Shown here piece after piece: positions 29,740 through 39,279 of a stretch of DNA of 64,000 nt (its first letter is position 1; each line of letters opens with the position of its first letter). This stretch comes from Deltaproteobacteria bacterium (GTDB taxonomy: Bacteria; Desulfobacterota; Desulfomonilia; UBA1062): NCBI GenBank assembly GCA_018433085.1, contig JAHDRW010000028.1:4804-68803 (forward strand), given 5' to 3'. Below the pieces are notes generated by a model, which did not search any database, had not been told where the DNA came from, and was given only the letters and a program-made list of their open reading frames with translations. A program made the position numbers and the translations under genes.

Positions 29740-30104
29740 GTGATATCCTCCTTGATCCTGCCCATGTCCGTCTGCGCCTTCCTGACTCCTTTGCGCGTTT
29801 TCCTCATGCCGGCAATACCGAGAATCAGACCGAACAGCAGGAGCAGAAAGGTCATGATCAGGGCCGAGACCCAGGGCGGAAACCACACGTTCAGGAGAAG
29901 GGTCAGCGTGATCAGGAGGTATACGCCGGAAAGCGCCAGGAATACGAAACCCGATCCACCGAGGGTAATCCCTGATAATCCGGTCCGGACAGAGCCCTGG
30001 ACCGTGGTCTTCAGGTAGATCTTCTGATCCGAGACCAGACTTTTGATCAGACTCACCGCGTGTGCAAGCAACGCGGCCAGGGACATGTTTTCATACTTTT
30101 CCAT
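29721..30104 (-). CDS. Holin-X-like (phage holin superfamily III, PF07332-like) two-TM membrane protein
   Basis: 127 aa, two TM (FVFLALSGVYLLITLTLLL; LIMTFLLLLFGLILGIAGM), charged termini. RBS AGGAGAAC. Confidence 0.5.
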   Translation of the reverse strand: MEKYENMSLAALLAHAVSLIKSLVSDQKIYLKTTVQGSVRTGLSGITLGGSGFVFLALSGVYLLITLTLLLNVWFPPWVSALIMTFLLLLFGLILGIAGMRKTRKGVRKAQTDMGRIKEDITWLKES

Positions 30105-30602
30105 GACGTTCTCCTGCTGACCCGGGAGAGGAACGGCCCGAACAGCGGGTTTCCCTCTTCAGCGGGCGGCCGGTTTTTTGATCCGGGAGAGGACGGCCTT
30201 TTCCGCTTACTTAAGGAAAAGGATAGGGGGCAAGAGCCAACTTTCAATACACTTATCGGACCACAGACCCTTTTCCCATCGCCGAGCGGCAGCCGTTCTT
30301 TCTTGAGCGAAGGCAGGGGGGACGGCCGTGCCCGGATCATTCATTTGGCCCGATTTATCACAATTTTGGCAGGAATGATCATATCTTTTCCCCTTAAACT
30401 TGTGGTTTCATGCCATACTGATCCTGTGCCCTGTTCAAGGCATCGTCGCCCCAGGAAATACTTCTCATCGGAGAAAAGAGAACGCCGGAGCAGGAATTGC
30501 TCGTTGCCGGTTTTTGCACCTTTTTTTCGGGTCTTCGTGGGGGAGCACCCGGATGGATTTTCACAAGGAAGAGAGTCATCCATGAGGAAAGGGGGTTTCT
30601 TT

Positions 30603-31940
30603 ATGTCTCTGAAACGTTTTCTGATCATTCTGGGGATTCTCGGCGCATTTTTCACCACAGAGGCCCGTGCACAGATCGACAATCTGACCAACATGAGCGC
30701 CGAATGGGTCCGTCTGGCAAACCGCAATGCCGCCACCGACGCCGCTGACATCGTGGTCTATAACCCGGCCGGCCTGGTGAGCCTCTCTGACGGGTTTCAC
30801 CTCAACATCTCGAACCAGAGCATGTTCCGCAGGCCGCAGCACGAGTTCGTCGATCCTGTCACAAGCACTACCGTGAGCTTCGAGCAGGACGACCCGGACT
30901 GGTTCGTTCCCAACGTCTACGCGGCTTACACAAAGGACCGGTGGTCGGTGTTCACCGGCGTCTACATCCCCGGCAACGGTGCAGCCTTGGACTATCCCGA
31001 TGGATCCATCACCACGCGCCTCATCGGGTTGGAGCTGATACAACAGATAAATCAGGAAATCTTTGATGCATTCGGCGTGGGGAACGCATACACGGCCCTG
31101 GCAAACGAAAGCATCGAGGCCAGCTCTCTGTATCTCACCGGGACCGCAGGGGGGACGTACCGGGTAACGGACATCGTTTCTCTCGCTGCAGGGGTCCGCT
31201 TCATACGGGCGGAAAATGACATTGAGGGCGAGCTGACCGTAGCCGGAGGGATACTGGGGGCAAACACTCCGGACCTGCCGTTTGTCGTGGACGTGGATCA
31301 GTCGGCCGACGGATGGGGATTCGTGTTGGGAATTCAGATGATTCCGGTGGAGGATCTGGTTCTTGCCCTGCGATATGAATCAGAGGTGAACCTGAATTTC
31401 GAGAACGACGTGAACGGCTCGGACAACCTGGGCCTGTTCATCGACGGAGACCGGAGCCATCGGGATTTTCCGGCCATGGTCGGCTTCGGGGCCTCCTATC
31501 GGTTCACGCCCGAGCTCAGGGGAGAGGCGGATTTCAACTGGTTTTTCCAGGAGGCTGCCGACTGGGGCAGGTCTGATACGGGCCGGGACATTTCGGACAT
31601 GGCGGGAGACGTCTGGAGCTGGGGGCTCTCGGCCGCCTACCAGGCGACAAGCGAGCTGGAGGTCAGTGCGGGATTCCTGTATACCGACCATCTCTGGGAC
31701 GACATGGACGGATATTTCCAGAGTGCTACCGGGGCCGTCGAGACCCTGTACTCGGACAACTGGAACCTCTCGACCGGCATCGGCTACCTGATCAGGCCGG
31801 GCGTCAAGGTGAATCTCGGCGTTGCATTCACGATCTGGGAGGACGAGACCATCTTCATCAACGCCGATCCGCTGATCATTCCGGTGAGGACCGAGAACAG
31901 CACCACGACCGTGGCCGTGGGCGTGGATCTCGCGTTCTGA
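30603..31940 (+). CDS. Outer-membrane beta-barrel transport protein (FadL/OmpP1/TodX-like)
   Basis: Signal peptide, alternating beta-strand pattern, C-terminal ...VAVGVDLAF aromatic terminus. 445 aa. RBS AAAGGGGG. Confidence 0.5.
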   Translation: MSLKRFLIILGILGAFFTTEARAQIDNLTNMSAEWVRLANRNAATDAADIVVYNPAGLVSLSDGFHLNISNQSMFRRPQHEFVDPVTSTTVSFEQDDPDWFVPNVYAAYTKDRWSVFTGVYIPGNGAALDYPDGSITTRLIGLELIQQINQEIFDAFGVGNAYTALANESIEASSLYLTGTAGGTYRVTDIVSLAAGVRFIRAENDIEGELTVAGGILGANTPDLPFVVDVDQSADGWGFVLGIQMIPVEDLVLALRYESEVNLNFENDVNGSDNLGLFIDGDRSHRDFPAMVGFGASYRFTPELRGEADFNWFFQEAADWGRSDTGRDISDMAGDVWSWGLSAAYQATSELEVSAGFLYTDHLWDDMDGYFQSATGAVETLYSDNWNLSTGIGYLIRPGVKVNLGVAFTIWEDETIFINADPLIIPVRTENSTTTVAVGVDLAF

Positions 31941-32010
31941 ACAGGATCGGCTGCCCGTCCTTTTCTGAAAGGGCATGACCATGGGCTATCCCGCGCGGGT
32001 TGCGGCCGCG

Positions 32011-33090
32011 TCAGCGCGTCCTGTCCGCGGGAGCTCCGGCAAAGCCCGCGAACAGCATTCCCAGCATCCTTCCCACGTCTTTGAGGATATCCGTGGTCAC
32101 CGCGTCCAGGTATGCGAGAGACCGGATGTCGGGTTCGCGGAAAAAGACCCGTACGGCATCGGCCGAGCACGCCCTTGTCCGGGCGGCCACGTCCGCGCCC
32201 CTGCCGGGATCGACGGATGAGTAGGCCTCGATGAGGCCAGGTCCGAACCTCCTGACCAGAAGGCGGAAGAGGGGGTTCAGACGCCTCCTGGCCCGGCGGA
32301 TATAGCCGTCGAGCTCAGCGTGCACGTCATCCCCCGACGCCCGGCCTTCCCCGGCCCCGGTGATCAGCGCATCGCCGAAGGGGGCGAACCCCTGGCGGAA
32401 CCGTTGCTCGCTGTACACCTCGTATCCGGTGTGGATCGCCGAGAGCATGTGCACCATTTTGCGGGCCGAGAATAGATGCCGGAGCAGAAAGCCTGTCGGC
32501 GCGGCCTTGACATGAAACGGATGCCCCAGATCGGCGAGATAGTGGGCCGCGCGCGACAGGAAGCGCCACCCCCAGTAGTGGTTTCCGATCTCGAAGGCCT
32601 TGTGCGCGAGCCGGGTGTGATACCGGAAAGATTCCGGCGCCATGCCGATGGTGAGGCCCGGTAGCCTGAACTGCATATGCCGCCACCCGTGGGAGCCGCC
32701 GGTGATCTTCTGATACGGGTGGAGCTCGAGGCCGCAGTCGGGCAGGAGATCGGGCTCGGTGCTGTAGATGACCAGGATCTTCCAGGGTTCGATGGACTTC
32801 TGCGCGGGAGGCTCTGCGCTGAACTCGCCGTTTCGCCGGGCATAGTCGAACGAGATGGACGGGTCGAGACTTCGGACCTCCCGGTACTCTTCCTTATAGA
32901 GATCCACGTGGTCCGGGTTGATGGGGAATCGGCTGTCATGGAGCCGCGGGTTCGGCATCACCTTCACCGGCTTCAAGTGCATGATCTCCGGTACGCCCAT
33001 GACGGCAAAATAGGTGATATACTCGTGGGAAAACCACGGCCCCCAGGCAGAGGGCATCCGCGGATCGTCGTGCAGGAAGCGCTCCGTCAT
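32011..33090 (-). CDS. Hypothetical protein (His-rich motifs, possibly metal-dependent hydrolase), last gene of the RLP operon
   Basis: 359 aa. No confident family. HYLADLGHPFH and HTGYEVY motifs. Confidence 0.35.
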   Translation of the reverse strand: MTERFLHDDPRMPSAWGPWFSHEYITYFAVMGVPEIMHLKPVKVMPNPRLHDSRFPINPDHVDLYKEEYREVRSLDPSISFDYARRNGEFSAEPPAQKSIEPWKILVIYSTEPDLLPDCGLELHPYQKITGGSHGWRHMQFRLPGLTIGMAPESFRYHTRLAHKAFEIGNHYWGWRFLSRAAHYLADLGHPFHVKAAPTGFLLRHLFSARKMVHMLSAIHTGYEVYSEQRFRQGFAPFGDALITGAGEGRASGDDVHAELDGYIRRARRRLNPLFRLLVRRFGPGLIEAYSSVDPGRGADVAARTRACSADAVRVFFREPDIRSLAYLDAVTTDILKDVGRMLGMLFAGFAGAPADRTR

Positions 33091-33167
33091 CCATTCGTCC
33101 TCTCGGCCCGGGCGTGCGCCGTGAGCACGGGCGCCCCCGGGTCCGCAAGCCGCCCGCGTGCCTCCCT

Positions 33168-34478
33168 CTATGAGATTTTGAACTCGGTCTTTTTCTGCCA
33201 GGTGCCGAGCGCAATGCCCAGTTCCTCGTGCTCCTTGGAGTACTCCTCGACGGGCACCCCCTGAAGCACGGCGTCGATGGCCTGGCGGAAGGCCTTCACG
33301 CCCGCCATGGGGCCCTTGGGATGGGCGTGGATGCCGCCGCCCGAGCCGATCATGATATCTTTGCCCAGGGAGTTGATGATGTCGGGTACGTTTGCCGGGG
33401 TGATACCGCCCGAGGGCATGGGCAGCACGGGCTTCAGATTGCCGAAGGGGTAGGTGAGATTGCGGCAGGTGGCCATGAAGCGGTCGTGCATGTAGATGCC
33501 CTTGCCGCCGAGCGAGAAGGGCAGCACGATGCTGTCCGCACCGCAGAGCCTCGGGATCTTGCCGAAGATGATGGACGAGGAGATGCCCTGGTACGGCGAC
33601 ATGAAGTACGCACCGCCCACGTCCATGTGGGCCAGGATGGGCACGTTGATCTCCGGGTCTTCGGCCAGGGCGCGCATGGCCTCGGGTCCCACGGCAAGGT
33701 AGTTGACCATCATGGCGTTGGCTCCCGCTTCGATGCAGCGCTTCGCCAGGTCGAACATCCTCGGCAGCCGGTCGGTCACGTTCACGGTATAGAGCGTGTG
33801 CTCGCCCGTTTCCTCAAAGACCTGCCGCTCGATCTCCATATAGGTCTTCACGCGCTCCACCGCGCCGTTGTAGCACATATTCGCGATGAGCTCGTCGTCC
33901 TTGATCACGTCGCAGCCGCCCATGGCCACCTCGCGGAAGAGCCTTGCGCCCACCTCCAGAGGGTAGCCGCTGCAGGGCTTTATCATGTTGTTCATGATGG
34001 GGCGGTTCTTCTCGATGCCTAAGGCCTCGTACCATCCGTCGATCCCGAAGCGCGGGCCCTGGTACTGCTCCAGGGTGACTTTCGGCATCCTCAGGTCCAG
34101 AAGCTTGAAATTGGGCACCAGCGAGATGTTCCCGATCGTGGCGGTGAGCAGCATGGGAAGCTGGTCCTCCACGTTGGCAGCCGGGAACGCGATCTGGACG
34201 ATGTACTGCCGCTCCCTGACGTCCTCGGGCAGCCCGTACTCGTGCGAAGGCGCCTCGTAGACGCCGATTACCTTGGCCACGTGCCTGGCCCTGACCTCGG
34301 GCGTCTCGCCCGGCACCGGCACCCAGGTGCCCGTGGTTTGCTCGATGGCCAGGATCTGGCCCATGAGCGACATGTCCATGGCCTTGTCGGCCTTGGCCCA
34401 GTAGGTGGCGATCACATGGTTTTCCATATCGACGCTCTCGGGTATGGCAATGGGTTTGTCCGCGAATGCATCCGTCAT
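33168..34478 (-). CDS. RuBisCO-like protein (RLP, form IV RuBisCO large-subunit homolog; not a carboxylase)
   Basis: GGCDVIKDDELIAN matches RuBisCO GGLDFTKDDEN (carbamyl-Lys, Asp, Glu retained). KPK is replaced by KPC. H327/R295 equivalents are substituted. PSGGI and GSGGGIHAHP loops are retained. RBS GAAGGAGGG. 436 aa. Confidence 0.8.
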   Translation of the reverse strand: MTDAFADKPIAIPESVDMENHVIATYWAKADKAMDMSLMGQILAIEQTTGTWVPVPGETPEVRARHVAKVIGVYEAPSHEYGLPEDVRERQYIVQIAFPAANVEDQLPMLLTATIGNISLVPNFKLLDLRMPKVTLEQYQGPRFGIDGWYEALGIEKNRPIMNNMIKPCSGYPLEVGARLFREVAMGGCDVIKDDELIANMCYNGAVERVKTYMEIERQVFEETGEHTLYTVNVTDRLPRMFDLAKRCIEAGANAMMVNYLAVGPEAMRALAEDPEINVPILAHMDVGGAYFMSPYQGISSSIIFGKIPRLCGADSIVLPFSLGGKGIYMHDRFMATCRNLTYPFGNLKPVLPMPSGGITPANVPDIINSLGKDIMIGSGGGIHAHPKGPMAGVKAFRQAIDAVLQGVPVEEYSKEHEELGIALGTWQKKTEFKIS

Positions 34479-34534
34479 TTTTTCACCCTCCTTCTTGTAA
34501 AAAACCGTGACTGATTTCGGTTCATTTATTTTTA

Positions 34535-35944
34535 TCATCCCCGGGGAATGAGTGAGAGCAGGTACTCCCATACCTCCAAAGTCCTGTTCAGGGCCTCGTC
34601 GTCGTGCTGCATGCACGTGTACATCCGGGTCCCTGCCAGGGTGCACAGCCCCTGGCCCAGGGTGACGGTCTGGTAATCGTCAGCGGCCTGCTTGCGCGCC
34701 ATGATCTGGGTGAAGGCGTCCGGGGAAGAGAGGTCCACGGCAAAGAACGCGGTGGTCACATAGTGCATGATGGGCCCGAAGTTATAGACAAAAAAGCCCA
34801 GGTCCTTCCGCGTGGCGAACAGATCGTTCATGGCCGCGGTGAGCCTGTCCGCGTAGGCGGTTGCCCTGCCTACGGCATCGTGCTCTTCCATGAGCCGTAA
34901 GGCGTGGTAGCAGGCCGCCGTGGAAATGGGATTGGCCGCCAGGGTTCCGCCGATATAGATCTTCTCGCCCATGCCCCCCTGGCAGACGCTCATCACGTCC
35001 TTCCTGCCGCCCACCGCGCCCGCCGAGGGGAACCCGTGGGCGATGATCTTGCCCAGGACGGTGAGATCGGGCGTGATGTTGAAGTATCTCTGCGCCCCGC
35101 CCATGTCCAGCCTGAAGCCGGTCACCACCTCGTCGAAGACCATCAGCGAGCCGTAGTGGTCGCACAGCTCGCGGATGCGCGTGTTCCACTCCGGGTGGAC
35201 CGGGTGGGTGCCGGACTCCCCGCCGATGGGCTCCACCATGACGGCGGCAACCCCGCCCTTGTCTGCATTGTCCTCGAACGCCTTTTCCAGGGTTTCGAAG
35301 TCGTTGGGCGGCACGTCGATGATGTGCGCATAGCTCTCGGAGGTGATGCCCCGGGAATTGAGCGGTCCGGTGCCCGGCACGTGCAGGGAATAGACCATCT
35401 GATCGGACCACCCGTGGTAGCTCCCGCCTATCTTGATGATCTTCTGCCTTCCCGTGAATGCCCGCGCGATCCTTACGGCCGCCATGTCCGCCTCGGTGCC
35501 GGACTGGAGGAAACGGACCATCTCGACACCCGGCATGTGCCGGATGATCTCGCCTGCGGCCAGGAGCTCGTATTCCGAGGTCAGCCCGGTGGCAGGGCCC
35601 TTCTCCCGGATGATCTCGATGATTTTTTCGTCCAGGGGGTCGAAGGCGTGGCCCAGGATGATGGGGGCGCCGCACATGAGGTAATCCACATACCCGTTGT
35701 TGTCCACGTCCCACATGCGGTAGCCTTTGGCCCGGTCCATGGCGATCGGGAAGGGCTTGTTCTGGCTCAGGTTGTGCTCCACGCCCCCGGGAATAAGTCC
35801 TTTGCCCCTCTCGAAGAGCTCCAGCGAGCGCCGGTTCCGCCGGTGATAGATCTCCCGTTCTCTGTGGAGCCTGTCATCGGGGATCGCCCTCACGGGGTGT
35901 GAGAGGATCTCTTTGTTCCGTCCTACGATTTCCTGGTATTCCAT
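34535..35944 (-). CDS. Class-III PLP aminotransferase, glutamate-1-semialdehyde 2,1-aminomutase-like
   Basis: MVFDEVVTGFR, LTVLGKIIAHGFPSAGAVGG (PLP lysine present). 469 aa with N-terminal extension. RBS GGAGG. Confidence 0.75.
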   Translation of the reverse strand: MEYQEIVGRNKEILSHPVRAIPDDRLHREREIYHRRNRRSLELFERGKGLIPGGVEHNLSQNKPFPIAMDRAKGYRMWDVDNNGYVDYLMCGAPIILGHAFDPLDEKIIEIIREKGPATGLTSEYELLAAGEIIRHMPGVEMVRFLQSGTEADMAAVRIARAFTGRQKIIKIGGSYHGWSDQMVYSLHVPGTGPLNSRGITSESYAHIIDVPPNDFETLEKAFEDNADKGGVAAVMVEPIGGESGTHPVHPEWNTRIRELCDHYGSLMVFDEVVTGFRLDMGGAQRYFNITPDLTVLGKIIAHGFPSAGAVGGRKDVMSVCQGGMGEKIYIGGTLAANPISTAACYHALRLMEEHDAVGRATAYADRLTAAMNDLFATRKDLGFFVYNFGPIMHYVTTAFFAVDLSSPDAFTQIMARKQAADDYQTVTLGQGLCTLAGTRMYTCMQHDDEALNRTLEVWEYLLSLIPRG

Positions 35945-37584
35945 TGATTTCCTCCATCCTCCTGTTTTGTTGTGGTGCCGGGGCCGGGTACCGTGCATAC
36001 CGGAGGTGTCTTTCTGTTCACGCGCGCGCAGATCTTTTTGTGGGACTGGTAGAGCTGAAGAAAATCAGCGAAGATCTCATCGTAAATCCTGCGGTTGCCA
36101 TGGTCGGGGAGATACTCCCTTTTGGCTCGGATATACCCGGGGATGTCCTCCGCCGTGATGTGGCCCAGTGCGATCGAGGCGAGGAAGGCCGCACCCCGGG
36201 CATTGGCATGCACCGGATCCGTCGCCTGGCGTATGGGTCTGTCCAGAACGTCGGAGAGGATCTGGGACCAGACGTCCGAGTTGGCGCCGCCGCCGATGAA
36301 GTTCAGGTATTCGAAGCGCCTGCCCATGAATCTCTCCACGGACTCAAGGAGCCATTTCTGGTTGAAGGCCACACCCTCGAACACGGCCCGGGCGATATCC
36401 TCGCGGGTGTTCTGAAGCGACAGGTTGAACAGCGAAGACCGGATGTGGCAGTCCTCCACCGGCGTGCGCTCGCCATAGAGCCAGGGGGTGAAAATCACGC
36501 CGTTTGCGCCAGCAGGGACCCGCGATACGATCCGGTCCAGGAACTTGAAGATGTCCGGGGCGTTTTCCTCCTGCATGAGCTCGTCCTTGTGGTACAGCAC
36601 ATTGTCCCTGAGCCAGGTCAGGCACTTGCCCGCGCACTCCTGCTCGTCCAGGATCATATAGCGCCCGGGCAGCGGGCTCGGGAACGATCCGAAGCTGTGG
36701 AAGAGATCGGTTTTCTTGAAGGGCACATGGGCGGATATCCAGGACGAGGTGCCGATGTAGAGGTGACCTTCGTAATCCCGCACCGCCCCTGACCCGACGC
36801 ATGCGGAATGCACGTCCGGGGTGCCGCCGATCACGGGCGTGCCGGGTTTGAGCCCCAGCTCGGCCGCCACCTCGTCCTTCACCGGTCCGAGCACGTCCAC
36901 GGCGCGGATCAGGTCCGGGAGCTTTTCGCGCTTAAGCCCTGCCATCTTCAGCAGTTTGTCGTGGTAGACCACCCGGGCGGGGTCGCGGTTGTCCGTGACC
37001 CAGTGGAGCAGGATGGAGTCGTAGGTGGCCGCGAACCTGCCCGTGAGGCAAAGGTTGATATAGTCCTTGGGTTCCAGGAACTTGTACGTTCGATCAAAGA
37101 TGCCCGGGCGCTCTTTCTTGATCCAGAGGATATGGGCCAGGGGGTCCTTTCCCGAGAGTGCCGGCGCCCCGCCGGTGAGCCTGAGCCAGGTAAGCGCCTT
37201 CCACAGCGGGTAGCCCCCGAACCGGGGCACTCCCTGGAGGATATCCTGAAGCGCTTCGCAGCCCCGGCAGTCCATCCAGGTGATGGCGTTCATGAGATTC
37301 CCGCCTTCTTTGTCCACCGGAACCGTGCCGGACCACTGGGTGGTCACGCTCACGGCCACGATATCGTCGGGAGACACCATGCCCCTGGCCAGCACCCTGC
37401 CGGACGTGGCCACAATGGCCTGCCACCAGAGCCCGGGGTCCTGTTCGGCGCCTCCGCCCGGAAGCAGGATCACGGGTATTGCCTGAAACTCGCTGTGGGC
37501 CACCTCTCCACGCACGGAAACAAGGGCGGCCTTGGGCCCGGACGTCCCCAGATCGATGGCCAGAACATGCTTGTCTTTGTTCAT
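35923..37584 (-). CDS. FGGY-family carbohydrate kinase (xylulo/ribulo/glycerol kinase-like)
   Basis: LAIDLGTSGPKAALV N-terminal ATPase motif, GGGANSDVWSQILSDVL C-terminal motif. The C-terminal tail overlaps the aminotransferase start and a repeated GC-rich element. Confidence 0.75.
   Translation of the reverse strand: MNKDKHVLAIDLGTSGPKAALVSVRGEVAHSEFQAIPVILLPGGGAEQDPGLWWQAIVATSGRVLARGMVSPDDIVAVSVTTQWSGTVPVDKEGGNLMNAITWMDCRGCEALQDILQGVPRFGGYPLWKALTWLRLTGGAPALSGKDPLAHILWIKKERPGIFDRTYKFLEPKDYINLCLTGRFAATYDSILLHWVTDNRDPARVVYHDKLLKMAGLKREKLPDLIRAVDVLGPVKDEVAAELGLKPGTPVIGGTPDVHSACVGSGAVRDYEGHLYIGTSSWISAHVPFKKTDLFHSFGSFPSPLPGRYMILDEQECAGKCLTWLRDNVLYHKDELMQEENAPDIFKFLDRIVSRVPAGANGVIFTPWLYGERTPVEDCHIRSSLFNLSLQNTREDIARAVFEGVAFNQKWLLESVERFMGRRFEYLNFIGGGANSDVWSQILSDVLDRPIRQATDPVHANARGAAFLASIALGHITAEDIPGYIRAKREYLPDHGNRRIYDEIFADFLQLYQSHKKICARVNRKTPPVCTVPGPGTTTKQEDGGNQWNTRKS
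35964..35985. repeat. Short GC-rich repeat element, copy 3 (TTGTTGTGGTGCCGGGGCCGGG)
   Basis: Lies immediately upstream of the aminotransferase RBS and within the 3' tail of the FGGY kinase ORF. Confidence 0.5.
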
Positions 37585-38173
37585 TACCGGCTACTCAAGA
37601 TATCCCTGCCCGGCGTACCGGGCAAATGCGCCATCCACCATGGTGCAGCGGGTACAGGTCTCATCGGCGGGGAAGTTTTTCACCCTTGTTCCCTGTTTCT
37701 GAACCAGAGACCTTCCTGCGATTTTACGATAAGACCGCCCAACCGAACACTTCATGATTTTACCGATAACCCGGAACACCAGGGGATGAATAGTGCCGAT
37801 CAGGTCAAAAACATGAGAAATCGGGCCAAAAGAGATCGTGGACCACCCATTGGCCGGTGCCCTGCCGCCTTGCATCTTTCGTCTGTTTGACTTGTACGGT
37901 AAATCATCGTAAAATTAACGACGTGCTCTTTTCGGGGACGGGTTCTCATTTAAGGTTGCTGGAACTTGAAGGTCACACCCTGCCTGCCGAGGTGGATATG
38001 GCGGGGTTTCCATTCGTTTGAAGCGGCGAATAAAACCGCTGCTTATGAGTCCTCTCCGCTGGTGGCCGCGAGTGCCGGCGACTCGCGAGAGTGCTTGATA
38101 CTTGGGGTCTCGCGGGTTGGCCGAGGGGATTGGCTGCCGCGCTTGACAGTATTGATTGAACGAGGTTTTAAGG

Positions 38174-39204
38174 TGAGGGAAAAGATTCCGTCGGACAGCG
38201 CCAGGTGGCTGGTGAGGGAGATGGCCTCGATGGGAATACCTCCCGATCGTATCCTGAAGGGCACGAACCTGCCGGAGGAATGGCTGCAGGACACGGGCGC
38301 GCTGATCACCCCTTCCCAGTACTTAAGCGTTGTGACCAATGCGCTTGAAGAGAGCGGGGATCCGGCCCTGGGGCTCCATGTGGGTCCGAGGCAGCAGCTG
38401 GGCGAGCTGGGTTTCTGGGGTTACGCCATCATCAGCAGTCCGACCCTGAGGGAGGCAAACCAGGTCGCCCTGCAGTTCTGGGAGCTGAACGGTTCCCTGG
38501 TCACCCTCGATTTCCGGGAGGGGCCGGACTATGTGGCCTGGCGGATTCTCCCCGCGTTTCCCATGGAAGACGAGCGTTTGTGGATTTTCGCCGTGGAAGA
38601 GCTTCTCACCACCTTCCATACCGCTGCCTCCTTTCTTACGAACCACGAGTTCCGCTATGCCCGGATCGATCTGTCGTACCCTGATCCCGGGCATGGGCTT
38701 AGGTATCGCGAGCTGTTTGAATGCCCGGTCTGTTTCGGATCGGAGGAGGATATATTCCGGGTGGTCGTTACCGATACGGACCGCCCCACCTTCACGGGCC
38801 ATCCCCGGATGGCGCTCGTCTGCCGGGAGCAGTGCCGCGAGCTCCAGGCCAGGCTCAGGTGGGGCGATGAGCTGACAGGGGCCATCCGGGAGATCATCAT
38901 CTCCTCCATGGGCCGGATTCCCCACCTGCCCGAGGTCGCCCGCAGGCTCGCCATGAGTCCCCGCACCCTGCGGAGGAGACTCCAGGGGCGCGGCACCACC
39001 TATCAGCACATCCTCGACGAGGTGAGGATCGAGCTGGCGAAGGAGTACCTGGCCTCCACGGGCTTGAGTGTCGACCAGATCGCGGGCCGGATCGGATTCA
39101 CCGAGGCTACCACCTTCCGCAGGGCGTTCAAGAAGTGGACCGGGAAGAACATCAGGGAGTTCCGGATGATTCGGGCGGAGCAGCAAAGGGCGGGCGTAAC
39201 CTGA
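38174..39204 (+). CDS. AraC/XylS-family transcriptional regulator
   Basis: C-terminal HTH_18 region (RLAMSPRTLRRRLQGRGTTYQHILDEVRIELAKEYL...FTEATTFRRAFKKWTG). Start uncertain: GTG 38174 or ATG 38221; ORF open from 37966. Divergent from the RLP operon. Confidence 0.65.
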
Positions 39205-39279
39205 CGCGCCGGGGCCAGGTTCGCCTGGAGAACAGCCGGCAGGCGCCGCCGCGGGTTCCCTCGATGGTCAAGGGAAATT

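Noticed and set aside
30104-30602. Possible sigma-54 promoter (TGGCAG-N5-ATCAT) upstream of the FadL-like gene
   Set aside because: The -12 element does not match TTGCA/T. Likely coincidental.
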